A DNA stretch of 64,000 nucleotides from Schmidtea polychroa (Eukaryota): positions 28,024,001-28,088,000 of the forward strand of contig CM097888.1 in the NCBI GenBank assembly GCA_044892525.1. Reading direction: 5' to 3'. Shown here piece by piece: positions 1 through 14,933 of the stretch. The translations under genes were made by a program, and so were the position numbers. Every line of letters begins with the position of its first letter. Within the stretch, counting starts at the first letter, position 1. The notes under the pieces are model-generated. The model had not been told where the DNA came from, made no database searches, and saw only the letters and a program-made list of their open reading frames with translations.

Positions 1-3000
1 ATCAGCCGAATTTTTATTGATTTGTAAAATATCAATAAATTGTGAAGTGCTTTCCTCAATTTTTCCGAGAGGCAAACTTTTAATAGGAGCTGGATGTTCA
101 GTTTCGAATTGATTTGTGTTCATTGTGTTCCATTGAGGGATAAAACTATGATTTTTGAACAGGTTCATTACCACAAATTGTACTATATAGCTTTCTTTTT
201 CTGCATTTTGTTCGTCAATATATTTCGAATTGAGCAACTTGCTGTACTATTTGTGAAATATTACTCATTTATCATCACGGGAATAAATATTCTTACTGCT
301 TCATTATGCGAAGAGATAAGATTCTCTCTTTCATTCTCATGATCAGTAGACAACATTGCTATATAACGACTAACTGTCTGATAGCTATAATTATGGATCT
401 AAAAAAGAAAGATCTAAAAGAACTAAACCGACAAAAAGTAAAGAGGTCAAGAGTAGAAGTGACTAAATTTTAAATTGAAATAGGTTGTCTGATTTATGGC
501 CGTGGTTATTAGGGAAATCAATTTTAAACAATTCAAGCTTTGAATTCATTCCAAACAACTGAGGTCAGTATATTTTACAAAATGACTATTTTCACTTATA
601 TATTTTGTACTTCATGGCTATCTTAAAAAATGAACTAATATTTTCATATTCCATAATTAAAAGTTGTAAAATATTCTAATTAAATAATAAAAAATTTAAT
701 AATAATATTAAAAACAGTCAAAACAAATATTTTAAAATTATTATTGATTTTTCAAAAATATTTCCAAGTAATTTTAAATATAATTATTATTTATTTATTT
801 ATAATTCATATGAAATTTAATTTAAAAAATAATTATTTTTTATTAAATTAAAAAATAATTTTTAAAAATTCTTTTAACTGAATATTTAAATATTTTATGT
901 TTAAATACAGTCAAAACATATTTTAAAATTATTATTGATTTTTTAAAAATAATTCCAAATCATTTTAAATATAGTTATTATTTAATTTTTTAAGATTTTC
1001 TAAAGTAATTATTTCGTTTTTATAATTTAAAATATTTCAAAAAAAACCTATAAACTATTATTTATTTTATTAATTCAATTTAAAAAACTTACGTTTTGAA
1101 AAGACTTTTTGAACCATTTTCTGGTTTTAATTATTTTCCAGAGATCCTCGAATTTGTCCTTGCATTTAAGAACGCAAGCAGCTGTTAATACAATATTGAT
1201 CTCGTGCAAAATGAGAGATAGGCTCTCGTTAAGAGATGTGATGTGCTGATAAGATTTCGAACTTTTTGCTATATCTAATGGGTTACGTTAATCGGATAGT
1301 TAAGCACAGAAAAACTGACCAGTAAAAAGAGTGATTCGAAATTGTTGAAAAAATAATCCAAGAGGTTCAGCCAAATTTGCACAGCTCTTGTCAAATCGAT
1401 TTTGACACCAATTGAGAATATTCCATGATGTTAATGAACGATAAAATCCCCCGGGTCCCAAATCTTTCCATCGAATCGATTCGATTGGAAGAGAGGCCCC
1501 GAATTGTTTAAATTTATCAATATTATGTTGTTCCACTGGTCCATTATAAAAAACATTCTCAGATATGTAATCACTATTTCTTATTGATTCATGCGACTCG
1601 TTTGAGATGATCAACAATCCATTTGGTCTATATGCTGCTTTCCCTACAAATTATGAATACGGATAAGTTTGTTTCCTTACTCATTTTTCAAGCTAAAGTT
1701 CCATTGACAAAAAACGAATTTTTTTATGTATTTTTTGGTATTTGTATTTTTTCGGTACTTGTTCATTTTTTACATTTATTTAAATATTTCAAATTTGAAT
1801 TATCAAAAATTAAAAAAAGAACTGCTTAAGAAATTGTAAAAAAAATAATTTTTATATATTATTAATAAAAAATTAATATTATAGAAAATATATCGAAAAT
1901 TATTATTTTTCATATTTTTATAAATATTAGGTAAATAGGATTACTAAATAGATAATTATAAAATATAATAATAATAATAATAATAATCAGCAATAATTAT
2001 AATAAATAAACATAACAAATAGTTAAATTATAAAATATTAATAATATTTCAATAAATAAATAAATAGTTAAATTATAAAAATAATAATAAACAAGTAAAT
2101 GATAATATAAGCTATTTGCTGCAAAGTATATATTGAATAAAATGAAAAGATATTCCATCATAAAATCAATTTTTATCAATTAGATAAAGATTTTTTTTAT
2201 AATTTAAATTTCATTCAATAATTTAAAAAAATAATATAGATTATAAAATAAAAAAATATGAATTAATTAAAATTAAAATAAAAATAATAATAAAAAAATA
2301 ATTAAATTAAGAAANNNNNNNNNNNNNNNNNNNNNNNNNNNNNNNNNNNNNNNNNNNNNNNNNNNNNNNNNNNNNNNNNNNNNNNNNNNNNNNNNNNNNN
2401 NNNNNNNNNNNNNNNNNNNNNNNNNNNNNNNNNNNNNNNNNNNNNNNNNNNNNNNNNNNNNNNNNNNNNAATACTACTTCTAATAATAATAAACAATAAT
2501 CATAATAAATATAACAAATAGTTAAATTATAAAAATAATAATAAACAAGTAAATGATAATATAAGCTATTTGCTGTAAAGTATATATTGAATTAAATGAA
2601 AAGATATTCCATCATAAAAACAATCTTTATCAATTAGATAATGATTTTTTTTATAATTTAAATTTAATTCAATAATTTAATAAAGAAATATATAATATAA
2701 ATAAAAATATGAAATAATTAAAATTGAAAATAATAATAAGCATACCACATGGAGTGTTAGTACAAACACTGTAAATATTCTCCCAATAATTTACTACATC
2801 AATTTTTGATTTCAATAGCCATTGATATCGAGGAAATTTCATCCAAATAATTTCGTCGGCGATGGGCAATTTTGCTTTACTTGTGTCAGTTAGAAAAACT
2901 TCTCGGTTTAAAAAGAAAAAAGCCTTCAATTGAAAAGTCAGTGAATCGCATTGATAAAAATGACAGTGATTTTACTTTTTCTTTGTGAATTATTGTACGT

Positions 3001-6000
3001 TCGTGGTCACGTTTGGTAATTAAACCCATGTCTATCAATGATTCTAGCAAATCAAATAATCTCCTCATTCCACCTTTCTTTCTGTCGTTGATCAACAATG
3101 ATACGACTGGCAAATGTGATTTGGTCAAGTTTTCCATTGTGGCCAGGCGCAGTTTTGTATCCATCAAGCATTCAAATAATTCTCTATTGCACTTCTTCGG
3201 GATGGTTAAAATACAGAACAACAACAGAGGAATTCGCAAAACAATATCGTTCATATTAAATGTTATGAATTTCTCTTGGGTATCTAATTTGAAATTTCAT
3301 TTCATTTCATTTAAAAATTTTGCGACTTTTACCTTCTTGTATTGGGGCAACATGTCTGTTCCAATCGGAGGAGTTAAAATACACCCTGAATTCGTTATCA
3401 TCTACCTGAACAGGAATTTTCCGATCATTCGATAATTTCTATTATGAAGATTAACTAACAATTTCTTGGATATTCAAATTCGGTTCTTGATGACTTCCAA
3501 TCGAAACGTACCAAATGAATTCGTGAAGTATTTTTCTTCTGAGCATTGAAGGCAATTCGGGAAAAACAAAACCAGGAATTGCCTTTAAACGTTTTGAATT
3601 AAATGTTTTTAATCGAATATAAATCAAATTATTTAGAAGTGTAAACAAAATCAAAAATAGGATAGCGATGTATATTTCCCGTACATTTCATTATAAATAA
3701 TGATATCATTATCAAATGAGCTACTAATAATAGTTTAAATGGTTTTTGAACATTTGATTTTTCAACCAATATTATGCTAGTGATAAATAATCATAAATAT
3801 CACAAAATAACAATAAGGCGGTGTTCAAATTATTTCCAATGTTATTTGCATTCCTAGATATGAGGACAATATAATGTATTATTCAAACCCCAATCGTAAT
3901 GTTTGAGGACAAATTTTATAGATAAGGAAACAAAATCAACACTAATTATATTGACTAGCTATAACCCCCGTCCAAATGCATAATTTTCTTCTAAAGAGCT
4001 ATTTTTATATTTAATTTTTTATATTAAAATAATGATCAATAACTAATAATTAATTAATATTCATTTTAAACGTTTAAATAGTATTACATCGATGCATTGT
4101 TAAATAGAAAATTACGTATTTAGAATAAGAATGATTTCGATATATTTCTTCCAATGAAGGAAATAATGTCATAACGAAAAAGATTAAAAATATACCATAA
4201 TTATTGTCTTTAATAAAATAATTTTTATTTGAATTGTGATTTAAATATTTTAGATTTTGAAAGTTATCTCTAATTTGACACGGAAATTACATTATTCTTT
4301 AGGTATTACGGTTGTTTGGTATATAATTTTCAGCGGGAACAAAACTGAAATCCTGAGTACATCCATTTTATATCAATTTATCAAAACATAACAGTATTGA
4401 AACTATTTTAACCAGCTTAAATATGATAGGATTGAAAAATTAAAACTAAATGAGATAAGGTTTGAATGGGAAAAACTATTAATGGGAAATATTTTGAAAA
4501 TAAAGTATATAATTAGTATTGAATGACATAGAATGCAAATTTACAGAAAATCAATAAATGATTAATTTTTTGAATTTGAATTCGGAAAACTGGTTAGAGA
4601 TATACTAAATAATTGGGAACTACATGATAAGAGTTGAAAACGTTCGGAAACAGTTGAAAAGATATTAAATTATTAATAAAAACTCAATTTGAGTAAACAA
4701 CAAAATAGTCGATTACCCAAATTTTTGAGAGTTATTATCAAGACAGCATAATTTATGATAGAAAAGAAAGAGAATAGGAAACCGAAACATCGCAGGAATT
4801 GTAATGAAAGTGAGAACTCATTAGACGAGTTACTACCAACAGTATAAAAAGAATACGGAAATTTCAACTTTAAACCGTAGTTAAGATTAAGAATAAAAAG
4901 CGAAATTAAGCGAATTATATATGGAAAGTAATAAATTAGAAGATTAAGAATATATTTTGAAATTATTAAGTGATTATTTTTTTAATGCACAATCCAGGTC
5001 GATCAGCTCAAACTAATCGGTTTTTATTAGATTGCATAATTGACTTAATTTTTTTTTGACTTTTTTTTTCTTTTTTTATAAAAGATTCAATATTATAATT
5101 TTAAAAATATATAACATTTTATATTTTAAAAAGTAATTTATAGTAATTTTTATATTTTGCTATAATTTTTAAAAATTTCATTTATCTAATTAAAATTTTA
5201 ATCAACTATATTTTATAAGAACTTAAATATGTAGGTTTTTTCATTTATTTTTCATTTAATTTTTAACCCTTTCTAAGGTGGTGGCAATAAACTGTACACC
5301 CTTTTAAACTAATAAAAATATCTTAGTGTAACGCTGTCGGTAATATTTTTTCTTTTGGTACAACTACTAACATATATTGAGCCACAAGAGAACAAATTTA
5401 TTGTATTCTATGTTTTAATTTTTTTATGATCATTTGTAATTATATAATTATTATTAATAAACTTTGAGTTTTACATCACTTTTAGTTTCCTTTGCCTTAG
5501 AAAGGGTTAAAATATTGAAAAAGTTTTAAATATTTTAAAATGTAGATCAAATGTAAATGTAAAATAGTTAGAATAAAAATAAAACGAATTACCTCATCAT
5601 CAAAATCGACATTTCTCACCAATTTCAGAATGTCTATAGATGAAGTATATTTAACCACCTTTGAAAGTACTTTATTCTTTTTTTGCGATTTCTTTAGTAC
5701 GATATGCTGTTGGATATAGTTTATTCTATCCTGGAATTCTTGGAATTTCTCCTGGAATATTGGATCGTTTCTTGATATTCCTGGCATCACAATCCATTTT
5801 TCTTTGATTGTTCGATTAACCAATTCATGTTCTACTTCAATAACTTTCCAAGTTCGTTCTTTGATGCCATCTTCGATAATTCGATAGAATGATTTCCTGT
5901 CCATAATTTCTTTATACGCTCGACTAGCTTCCCAATCACGGAGTAATTTCTGAGCTTCTGCAAATCCTGTGATAATTTTCTTCTGTCGGATGATATCAGT

Positions 6001-9000
6001 CAAATAAGAATATCGTTCTTGTCGCTTCGGATTACGAAATGAAGAATTAACTGTCAATTGACTTGGAAGCGAATTATTAAAAGCGTATGATCCTATTGGT
6101 TCTTTAATGTCTTCGAACTCTATCGATAGTACAGGATCTAGTCCATCGTTTATCGCAAAATATGGCACCGAATTTCGATAATGGTTTATGTGGTTAATTG
6201 TGATTTGTTTATTTTTTAGCAACCAATTTGTTAATACTCTCAATTCAACTTTGCTGAGATTAAACGCCTTTTTCAATTCAGCGTTATTCATTGGTTGTTT
6301 GGCAAGCATCCTCAGCACTTGGATGTATAAAGGATCCTCAAAGTTTCTGCAAAACTCACCTGGAACATTTTTAATTATTTTTGACGATCACATGGAAAAA
6401 AATATCGAACTTTTAGCCAAGACAACGCTTTGAGTCGGAACGTTATCGTTTTCACAAAGAGACGTCAATCTTTCACAGTGTTCAGTAAGTTCAGCCCAAG
6501 TTTTAGTTGGTCTGATAAAACACGCGTGACAATCTATCAATGATAACGAATGCGGCTCGTTGGGAGATAAACGAAAATCATTGATGTAAAATTGCAGTAA
6601 TTGTTCATTAGAAGAATTCTCGCCGATTTTATAGTTTTTATTCAATTTTCGATATGATGTCATCAATATTTCTAACCATTTCAGTTGTTTGGCTTTATTT
6701 AGAAATTCTTCAGAAAAATGCAAAACCTTGAATATTACAAAAATAAAATTGACAATCACTTCAAATGAATTTACAAATCAACAATACGCAAAGACAAAGA
6801 TAAGAATCCATCAGAGGTCACTGGAAGGGTCTTTAATGTCATCGAACTTTATAAATAGTGCCGAATCTAGTCTCTCGTTTGTAATTATTTATTATGGCAT
6901 AAACTAGCGTATTATGACAATCTCTAAGGAAATTTCCAGCGACAGAATTAAGGTATTGAATATTGTGTAATAGAATATAATATACTGTATCTGTTATTGA
7001 ATCACAACAAGTTCATATTTTTAAGTTGTTTTATCAAATATCTACAAATTTTGGCATGAAAGAAATTGTTATGTTAATATATAAGTAATTTATTTTGAAT
7101 TTGGCCCTACTACATTTGAATATATATCTTTAATCAATTATTATAAAGATGATTGGATAATAAATTTACATTATCTACAACTACAAAACACGACAAATAA
7201 AACTTCTTTAAATATTTCGTAGTATTTCGATTATCATTTGTCAATAACCTTAAATTGTGACCTCCATCGACCCAGGGATGATAAAGTTCTAATTAATTCG
7301 TTAAACTGATTTAACGGATATAATTCAGTCCAAGAACTTACACAATCAGAAACGAATTTTTAAAATGTATTTGAGAACTTTTTTAGATAGAAAAAAGAAC
7401 AATAGTAAAATATAAGTGACGGATATTCCATATAGAAATACGATAATTAAGATTACATCTTTGATTTGCGAGTGAAGCATAGAAACGATCAAATGTTATA
7501 GTTTGATAAAATTTGTCTCACGAATATTTATCAGCTTGAAGGAATATAATAATGATTAATTTTATATTATCCAATTGTAGTCGTTATTTCCATATGGAAT
7601 CTTATATAAAGTTTTAAATTGACTTCATTGTAATAAATTATTATTCCCATTAAACATTTACTGTCCAGTGATATCAATTCAACTGAAACTGACCCAATAG
7701 ATTTGTAGAGTAGCTAGAGGTAGCGGGGAGTGGAGATTTTATGAGTTATATTAAAAATATATATATAAAAATATCTAATTGGTTTCTAATTATCGATTTC
7801 AAGGGATCGCAGTGATGCAGAATAAGATAGAATGATAATGGAGATGGGGGTAGCTTAACTACGTTATGTTGGAGTGCTATTTAGTGCTATTTATTTAGTG
7901 CTATTTTAAGCCTAAAAAGCAAACCAATAGACAGCAACGAAATATGATTATTGTTATCACCCAACCTGTTCCCGGAATTCAATCGGTCTACCTTATTTAT
8001 GTTGCCAGCGTAGCGTTGGGGTAAGGAGGGGCTGGGGAGGGAGGGGCTGGGGAGGGAGGGGCTGGGGAGGGAGGGGGTGATCCCGCAAAATTATTGGTCT
8101 AAATAAATCAAATTACTAATTTTATTATCTGTATAGTATAAATAATAATTTATAATTCAAATTTATTTAATAATTATTATCATTAATATACTGTTACACT
8201 TGACATAGAAATTTATAAGATTACCTCATGAAAAGTGGATTTTAATACTCCAACGCTTTGAATATCAGTCATATATATAAATAGCCTTTCCATGTTCATT
8301 TCTAAGAGGTTATAAAATGGTTTGTAAAATCGATTAATGTGGAAAATAGTGATTTGTCGAATTCCTCCATTTTGCATGAAGTTTACGCGCTGGAATAATG
8401 AAAAATTATTTCACTTAAGCGAGAACACCAATTTCTTCACCTGAATTTTAACGAGATTTTCTATTTTTAGTTTCTTTTTCAAATACCATAAGAAATGTGA
8501 ATCCTTGATAAATTCCAAACAACTATTATTACCAATGGCTTTAATTCCATTATATCGAGATCTATTAGACAAATAAATACTATAATACTTAATTTTTTAA
8601 TACCTTCCGATATATTCAAGCAATGCAAAAGCATTTGGTTTTAATCTCTTTTTTTTCAACCCTAAAAACTCAAGCCTATAATCTTGACATGCAACGAGTA
8701 CTAATTTATTTCCATATCTAAAATTTTCTGTTTTAAAATTATTTTTTTAAAATAATATACTTTTCATGACAATATGCATAAGTACATATGGGATTATTTT
8801 TTAATTCATGATCAATTAATGTACGATTGTAATAACTTGAACAACTTCCAAATATATTTTTCTCCGCCACTAATTTATATGGAAAACTTTGAAACAAAGG
8901 TATATCCTATATTACAATATTTCCCGATTTAAAAAAAATAAATACTAACACTTTCTAAAAAATAATCTTTTTCATAAAAATATTGATTGGTTCGATTTTC

Positions 9001-9213
9001 ATATTTAAAACTGCATTCTCTAGGTTCATTTAATAAATAAAAATTTATTTCTTTTAAGCCTCGAATTGATTTCCATAAATATTCTTTATATGCTTCATCT
9101 AGATTTTTTAAATGTTCGAAGGCACGCAAATTCTCCCATATGCAATCAAGAGTGGACCCTTCTAAACCTTCAGCTGCTATTTCATTTAAAATAATTTCTT
9201 TAAAAGTAAACAT
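1..9213 (-). CDS. GTF3C1: General transcription factor 3C polypeptide 1 (TFIIIC largest subunit); multi-exon, 3' end beyond window start
   Basis: Exon 1 (9213-8950) reads MFTFKEIILNEIAAEGLEGSTLDCIWENL, matching the GTF3C1 N-terminus (LDEVALEGLDG..LW). Downstream exons give further collinear matches: FPYKLVAEKNIFGSC (8906-8761), YGNKLVLVACQDYR..LLEYIG, KRQERYSYLTDIIRQKKII..MPGISRNDPIF (ORF 5497-6318), LPSMLRRKILHEFIWY (~3500), VVNYWENIYSVCTNTPCG (~2760) and IVQFVVMNLFKN (~150). Short GT-AG introns; not every junction was resolved. Confidence 0.88.
2315..2469. other. Assembly gap (further gaps at 11362-11499 and 28474-28659)
   Basis: Runs of N. Confidence 1.
8028..8078 (+). repeat. G-rich tandem repeat (GCTGGGGAGGGAGGG x3) in a GTF3C1 intron
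   Basis: Three 15-bp units seen directly in otherwise very AT-rich intron sequence. Confidence 0.85.
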
Positions 9214-9989
9214 AATTGTATCAAAAAAAATATATTTAAATAAACTCGAATTTCGAACAAATATTAAAACAAAATAGTTTATAACAATAATATCTTGAAA
9301 AAGTATTTAAAAATTTTAGATTATTTCTTTCTATATTTTTTTTGTTTCAAAACATATTTAACAAAATTTAAATATGTTTAAATTTAACCAAAAAAAATAA
9401 TTTAAAAATTAAATAAAATTTTAGTATTAAATATAATCAGATTTTTTATAATTTTTTGTTGTAAATTTAGGAATTTGAAAAATATAAAGTATATTAACTT
9501 TTTAATTTTCAATAATGTCTAAAATCGAATTAAATTAAATTATTTAAAAGTGTAATGATTTTTTGTACTGTGTGGTTATGGTCGTTAACCTACATCACTA
9601 ACTTTTACTACCAGCATAAAAAACACATTTCCCAGTTATTATTATTCCACTGTCATTCACCACAAACCCCAATTAACCACTTAACTCTTTTTAAAAATGA
9701 AAATTTGTGGTAAAAAAAACTATAATTTTTATATTGCATTTTCTGATAGATTATGATGCATATAGATAGAATATTTCCCAAAATGAAAAAACATATGTTT
9801 ATTTGAAAAATTATAACATATTTAATTTTTTTTTAAATCATCAGAGAATAGACGTAAATATTATAGACGCAGAGTTACGGTATTCCCCATAGACTCAATG
9901 GTATAAAGTGCGTAAAATTACGTCACAAATTTTATTTCAACCACATTTTCTTGACGTAAATTTACGTCGATTCTCGTTAAGTGGTTAAA

Positions 9990-11040
9990 ACATGTTATGA
10001 ACAGATTGCACCAAGAAAAATGACGTTGGTAATGTGCAACCTGGATATAGTCCGAAAATAAAGGTGAGACCCCTTGGGTTTACTAAATCTTTCTATTCCA
10101 TAGGTCCATGGAACCGATAGTACACACAATCTCTTTCATTTTTAGAGGTGTCACATCAGAGTTTAACCTAATGAGTTCCTAATTAAGACGAAACTTTGTG
10201 ATTTCACTGTACTTAATACAATGTCACAAAATTGCAAAATTTCAATTTTATAGTTGATGTTCCCAAAGGAACTTCTTTGCCATCTGGTTGGTGGTTTGCA
10301 TCTCCCGACAACGCTGAATGCGTCGTAAGGCCCGCTTAATTTTCCGTTGCAGCCTAGTCCACTGGCCTGTGGCGAGGGTGCCAGTGGAGGCCACATAAAC
10401 TGGTTGTGGTGGAGGAAGTGACGTGGAAGGAAGAGGAATTTCGAGGACTTGTACTAAAATCGACGGACCCACATGACCAGACAAACCCACACCGGATGGG
10501 TTTCGCCGGCTAGATTATCCTCGAAGAAGTACTTGGCCAAACGCTGATTAGCCATTTTAATATTAACAATGCATTTTTTATTTAAAAAGGTTTCAGTTGT
10601 AGTAATATAATCATGATCAGTTAATCTTGTTATTTGATATTTGATTGGTATAAATTTTGGCCGAACTATACTTTTTATATTTTAATTTCCTTTTCTTGTT
10701 CTTTATTGTTAGTTAAATTGTGTATTTGCTTGTTGAGCTCTATATTTCCTCTCTTTTTGGAATTTATCCATTTGTTTTTACTATTTGTTTTTAATATTTA
10801 CTTATTTCATAATTAATTGTTGACTATTGGATTTTTATGGATTCTTTCCTATGTTTTCTGTTTATTTTAGTTTCTCCTAGTTTCTGTTTTATTATTATTC
10901 ACACTTATTTTGTTACTTTTATTTTCTATTTATTTGATAGTTTATTATTTTTATTATATAAATAGGATTTCAATTATTACTTAGATGGTTTTCGGATCTT
11001 GATTATGCATATTTATGTCATGGGTTCAATGCCACATACA
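9990..11040 (-). mobile_element. Probable degenerate LTR-like repeat with a frameshifted small ORF (10555-10248)
   Basis: GC-rich island reading MANQRLAKYFFEDNLAGETHPV, then a frameshift, then GLSGHVG..WTRLQRKIKRALRR. It is followed by a T-rich tract like that of the 4.2-kb LTRs and shares TTGGTAATGT(G/A)CA with repeats at 33590 and 35120. Ends not resolved. Confidence 0.35.
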
Positions 11041-11499
11041 TTGGAATGACTGTCCGTCATCTCCGTTTTCAAGTTCCTGATCACTATCGACTGAAGCAAT
11101 TGATTAATATTAGTAAACACAATTTTGTGGAAATTTTATTAGAATCTTGTTTGATTTCAACTTTTGTGAGTTTTAAAAGTTTTAAAAATTTTGAAACTTT
11201 GATAATTTTTAAATTTTGAATATTAAAAACAGAATTTTGTAAATTTTTAGCGAAATTAATTTTAAAAAATTAATGAATTAGTTAATTAGTTTGTTTAATA
11301 AAAGAGCAATTTCTATTGATTTGGATTGATTTCAATTCTACTCGAAGATGACAGTGATTCTNNNNNNNNNNNNNNNNNNNNNNNNNNNNNNNNNNNNNNN
11401 NNNNNNNNNNNNNNNNNNNNNNNNNNNNNNNNNNNNNNNNNNNNNNNNNNNNNNNNNNNNNNNNNNNNNNNNNNNNNNNNNNNNNNNNNNNNNNNNNNN

Positions 11500-12449
11500 A
11501 TATGTGATCAGTTCATTGATATATTAGGTTCCAAAGTATTGACGCTGATAACTTTTGAAATAAAGAATGCAAAGTATTTTCAAATTAGCATAGATTCAAC
11601 TCCTGATATTGGTGACATGGATCAACTTATACTGGTTATTCTTTAGGTCATCCCAAATGGAAATGTTGTGGAAAGATTTCTTCAGTTTTTTCCAATTGAA
11701 CATCACGACGAAAAATACTTGTTTAACCTTGTAGTGAATACTTTTAATCTTCATTGTATCGATATTACAAATTGCCGGTCTCAATCATATGATAATGCCA
11801 GCAACATGAGTGTAATTTATTTTGGCGATTTCGTGATATTGTTGAGGTCTCGATATTCGAAAACACTCAACTTGTCTGGTTCTTATATAGGTATAAATCA
11901 AAACAAATCTGTATATAAATATTTTTTATAATTAAAATTTACCAAAGTAGACAATTTCAGTTCTAGAATAATTCACACACTCGAACAATTATTTCTTTGA
12001 TCACTTCTTTCAAACTGCTTGTAAAAATATATATGTTGTGTTTTATGTTATGTAGTGCGTGCTATTTCTTAATAAGTTTGGTCAAAATGTGAATCGTTTC
12101 TGTCTGATTCAGGTTTTATAATATTCTTAGGATTAACCTTCGAATAAATGTTTAAACGCTAAATTTTTGGGCGATTACACTGATTTTGTGAGTCGTTTAT
12201 ATACTAAAATATTTTGAATAAATTAATTTTATTTATTTAAATTCTGTATGTGAATTAATTTTATTTATTTCAGTCTCGTCAGACTGATATTAAATTTCAT
12301 TTAACTTGGTCTTAATTATTAACATTTCATTTAACTTGGCCTTAAATATTAATATGAAATTATGGCCTTAATTAATTATTACTTGTAAAAATTAATACTT
12401 TTTAAATTATTATTATTATTTATAGATATCAATTTCTTTTTTAAATACC

Positions 12450-12500
<51 letters not shown>

Positions 12501-14236
12501 TCCAAATTATGAATGTACATAAAATTTATAATAAAATACAACTAAAAATTTATATACAATAGATGGATAAAAATGAAATTCAATAAAGTTTGAAAACACA
12601 GAGAATGTTGATCAATGCCAATAAAATTTGATAAAGTTTAACGCACAGAAAATATTAACAGTTATTGTTATTTGAGGAATTGGATTGTTGGTTATTGTTA
12701 TTGTTTGAGGATTTGGATTGTTGAATTGTTGGGAAATCGGATTGTTGAGCTATTGGAGAGGATTTTGTTTATCTACGCTCTTCGGCGTATACATTGACCC
12801 TGTATCCCTTGGGCCCTGTCTCATAATATCTGTTGAGGTTAAATGTGGTGATGGGCCTACCCTCATCATCCAACAATATCAACACTTTAGCAGATTGGAT
12901 ACCATTCCTTACTCAGCTTAAATTTGGTTGGTTCATTTGCAGTGGAGCATTGTTCAGCATCATTAAACTACTTTGGTAAATTTCAGTGAGTATATATATA
13001 TATTCTTTTCAGCTTCAATACCGAAATGATCAAAATTTAAAGAATTAAGGATAAAGCAAACGCTTCTGTTCTGCAAAGTCTGTCAGAAACAAGATGGTCA
13101 GCACGCAGTGATGCTAAAAAGGCTTTTTATGCAAGCTATTTGGAGATTCGCCTAGCATTTTTTGATATTGCTGAAAGCGAACGCCAACCACCAGCCGCTG
13201 TCCATGAAACAAATTTAGACTATTATGAGACTGCGCTGATGTGTGCGATTTGGGAAGATTTACTTCAATAAATTAATATAGCCAATAAAGCTTTGCAGCA
13301 GCCTGGCATAGCTGTGCACTATCATAATATCGTATGACAGTCTCACAACACACTTTCATGAATCACGTAATAAATCCGAAGTGTTTGAAAGTAATGCAAA
13401 AGATCTTACAAAATCAGATTACAAAGAATGTACAAAGTACAAACATGTCTGAACAAGATTTCACGACGTCGTGATTGATGAGAATCATATCGAAATGAGT
13501 TTAAATTTGAGTGCTAGTGACAATTTCCGTATACAGTTCTTCTATGTGATCATAGACAGACTTATAATTGAGATGAATAAACGGCAAGCAGCTTACACAG
13601 GATTACATTACAGGTTTAGTTTTGTTCTTGGTAGATCTTTGTCAAGTGATGAAATAGTTTCTAAAGCAAATAAATTAATTAAGATATATTCATCAGATCT
13701 GGAAGAGGCATTTGCTGATGAGTTTCTTTGGTTTTCCAAAATGTTCGCCGCCACAAAATCTGTTGCTGAAATGATTACAGCCCAAATAGAAAACAAATTG
13801 GTCACAAGTTTTTCAAATGTAAATATTGCTTTTCGAATTTATCTTTCAATTTTGGAATCAAGCTGTGAAGGTGAACCACCTTTTTCAAAACTGAAACTTA
13901 TCAAAAATTATTTGCGGTCAATGATTGGACAAGATCGATTATCTTTTATTGGACTTCTTTCAATTGAAAACGATTTAATGGGGGAATTATCATTTGAAGA
14001 TGTTATTTGTGATTTTGCTCATGCACAGAGTTTATATAATTTAGTCTATAATTTATTCAGCTGTGTATAAAAACTTAATTAAAACAGTGTCTAATTATAA
14101 AAGTGATTGATTTTGCTTTTATTTCTCTATTTTAATTCACTCAATAAAAAATGATAAACATTTTATTTTATTTTTTTAGAGGCCTCTAATTGTTCGTATA
14201 CCCTAGGCACAGTGCCTACTAGCGAATCCGGCCCTG
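11500..14236 (+). mobile_element. Degenerate hAT DNA transposon (ZMYM1-like transposase), interrupted by a ~1.1-kb insertion
   Basis: YFQISIDSTPD, VERFLQF, RSQSYDNASNMS, NLVGSFAVEHC, LSETRWSAR and the C-terminal dimerisation region (FSKLKLIKNYLRSMIGQDRLS); multiple stops. Right end reads ATCCGGCCCTG (CAGGGCCGG-type TIR) at 14236. Left end not seen (gap). Confidence 0.85.
11811..12890. repeat. Unclassified insertion splitting the hAT transposase; contains a (TA)n microsatellite at ~12453-12496
   Basis: Transposase homology stops after DNASNMS (11810) and resumes near 12900; boundaries approximate. Confidence 0.55.
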
Positions 14237-14933
14237 GGTCTCCTTGTTTCGATCGTTGTACTTGTGAAAGTTTTCTGAAACAAATATCGACTTTCGCTTT
14301 GGTGAAATAGTTTTGAGGTTAAAATATTTAGAAACAATATTCTAAAACGAAAAGAACAAAATTGTATAATAGCATGTATGTTCAATTAATTTATTTATTT
14401 AATGACTTACCTAACTTTATTTACAGCAAGAAAATTAATTTCAATCAATAAGCATACTGATTATAAAATACCTTTAACGTTTTTCAACTACCTTAACCGT
14501 ACAAATTTAAGAAAAAACGCACCTAGTATAACTACAAAAAAATAAAAAACTGATAGAAAATAGAAAAACAGTAAACATTAAAATAATAAAAACTGTTATA
14601 AAAAAGACAAAAAAGGGAATTATGTACATAATTACAGATTTATAAAATATGAATTCCAAATTCCATGGTATATTATTTGGCACTAGAAGTCAAATATAGT
14701 TCAAGTTTTACTTTATTTGTCATGGTATTATAATATGCATTCTACGATATACTTGTTTTTATTTATTTATAATAAATGAAAATTTATTAAAATAGAGTCT
14801 AAAAATTCTATTTATGTATTTGTTTAAATATATACACTTAGTTATATTTGCGGATTTCTGAAGTTCCTTAAAGTGTAATAATTCTGTTATTTTCAATTCT
14901 GCTATTTTAATTTCTAGAATTTATTTATCTTTG

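Noticed and set aside
94-342. Hydrophobic plus-strand ORF resembling a membrane protein
   Set aside because: Antisense to GTF3C1 exons that explain the region.
700-1080. ~190-bp diverged tandem duplication
   Set aside because: Low-complexity intronic sequence with no coding or terminal features.
1985-2720. Near-duplicate AT-rich sequence on both sides of the first N-gap
   Set aside because: Most likely unmerged contig overlap or haplotype artefact; intronic and low complexity.
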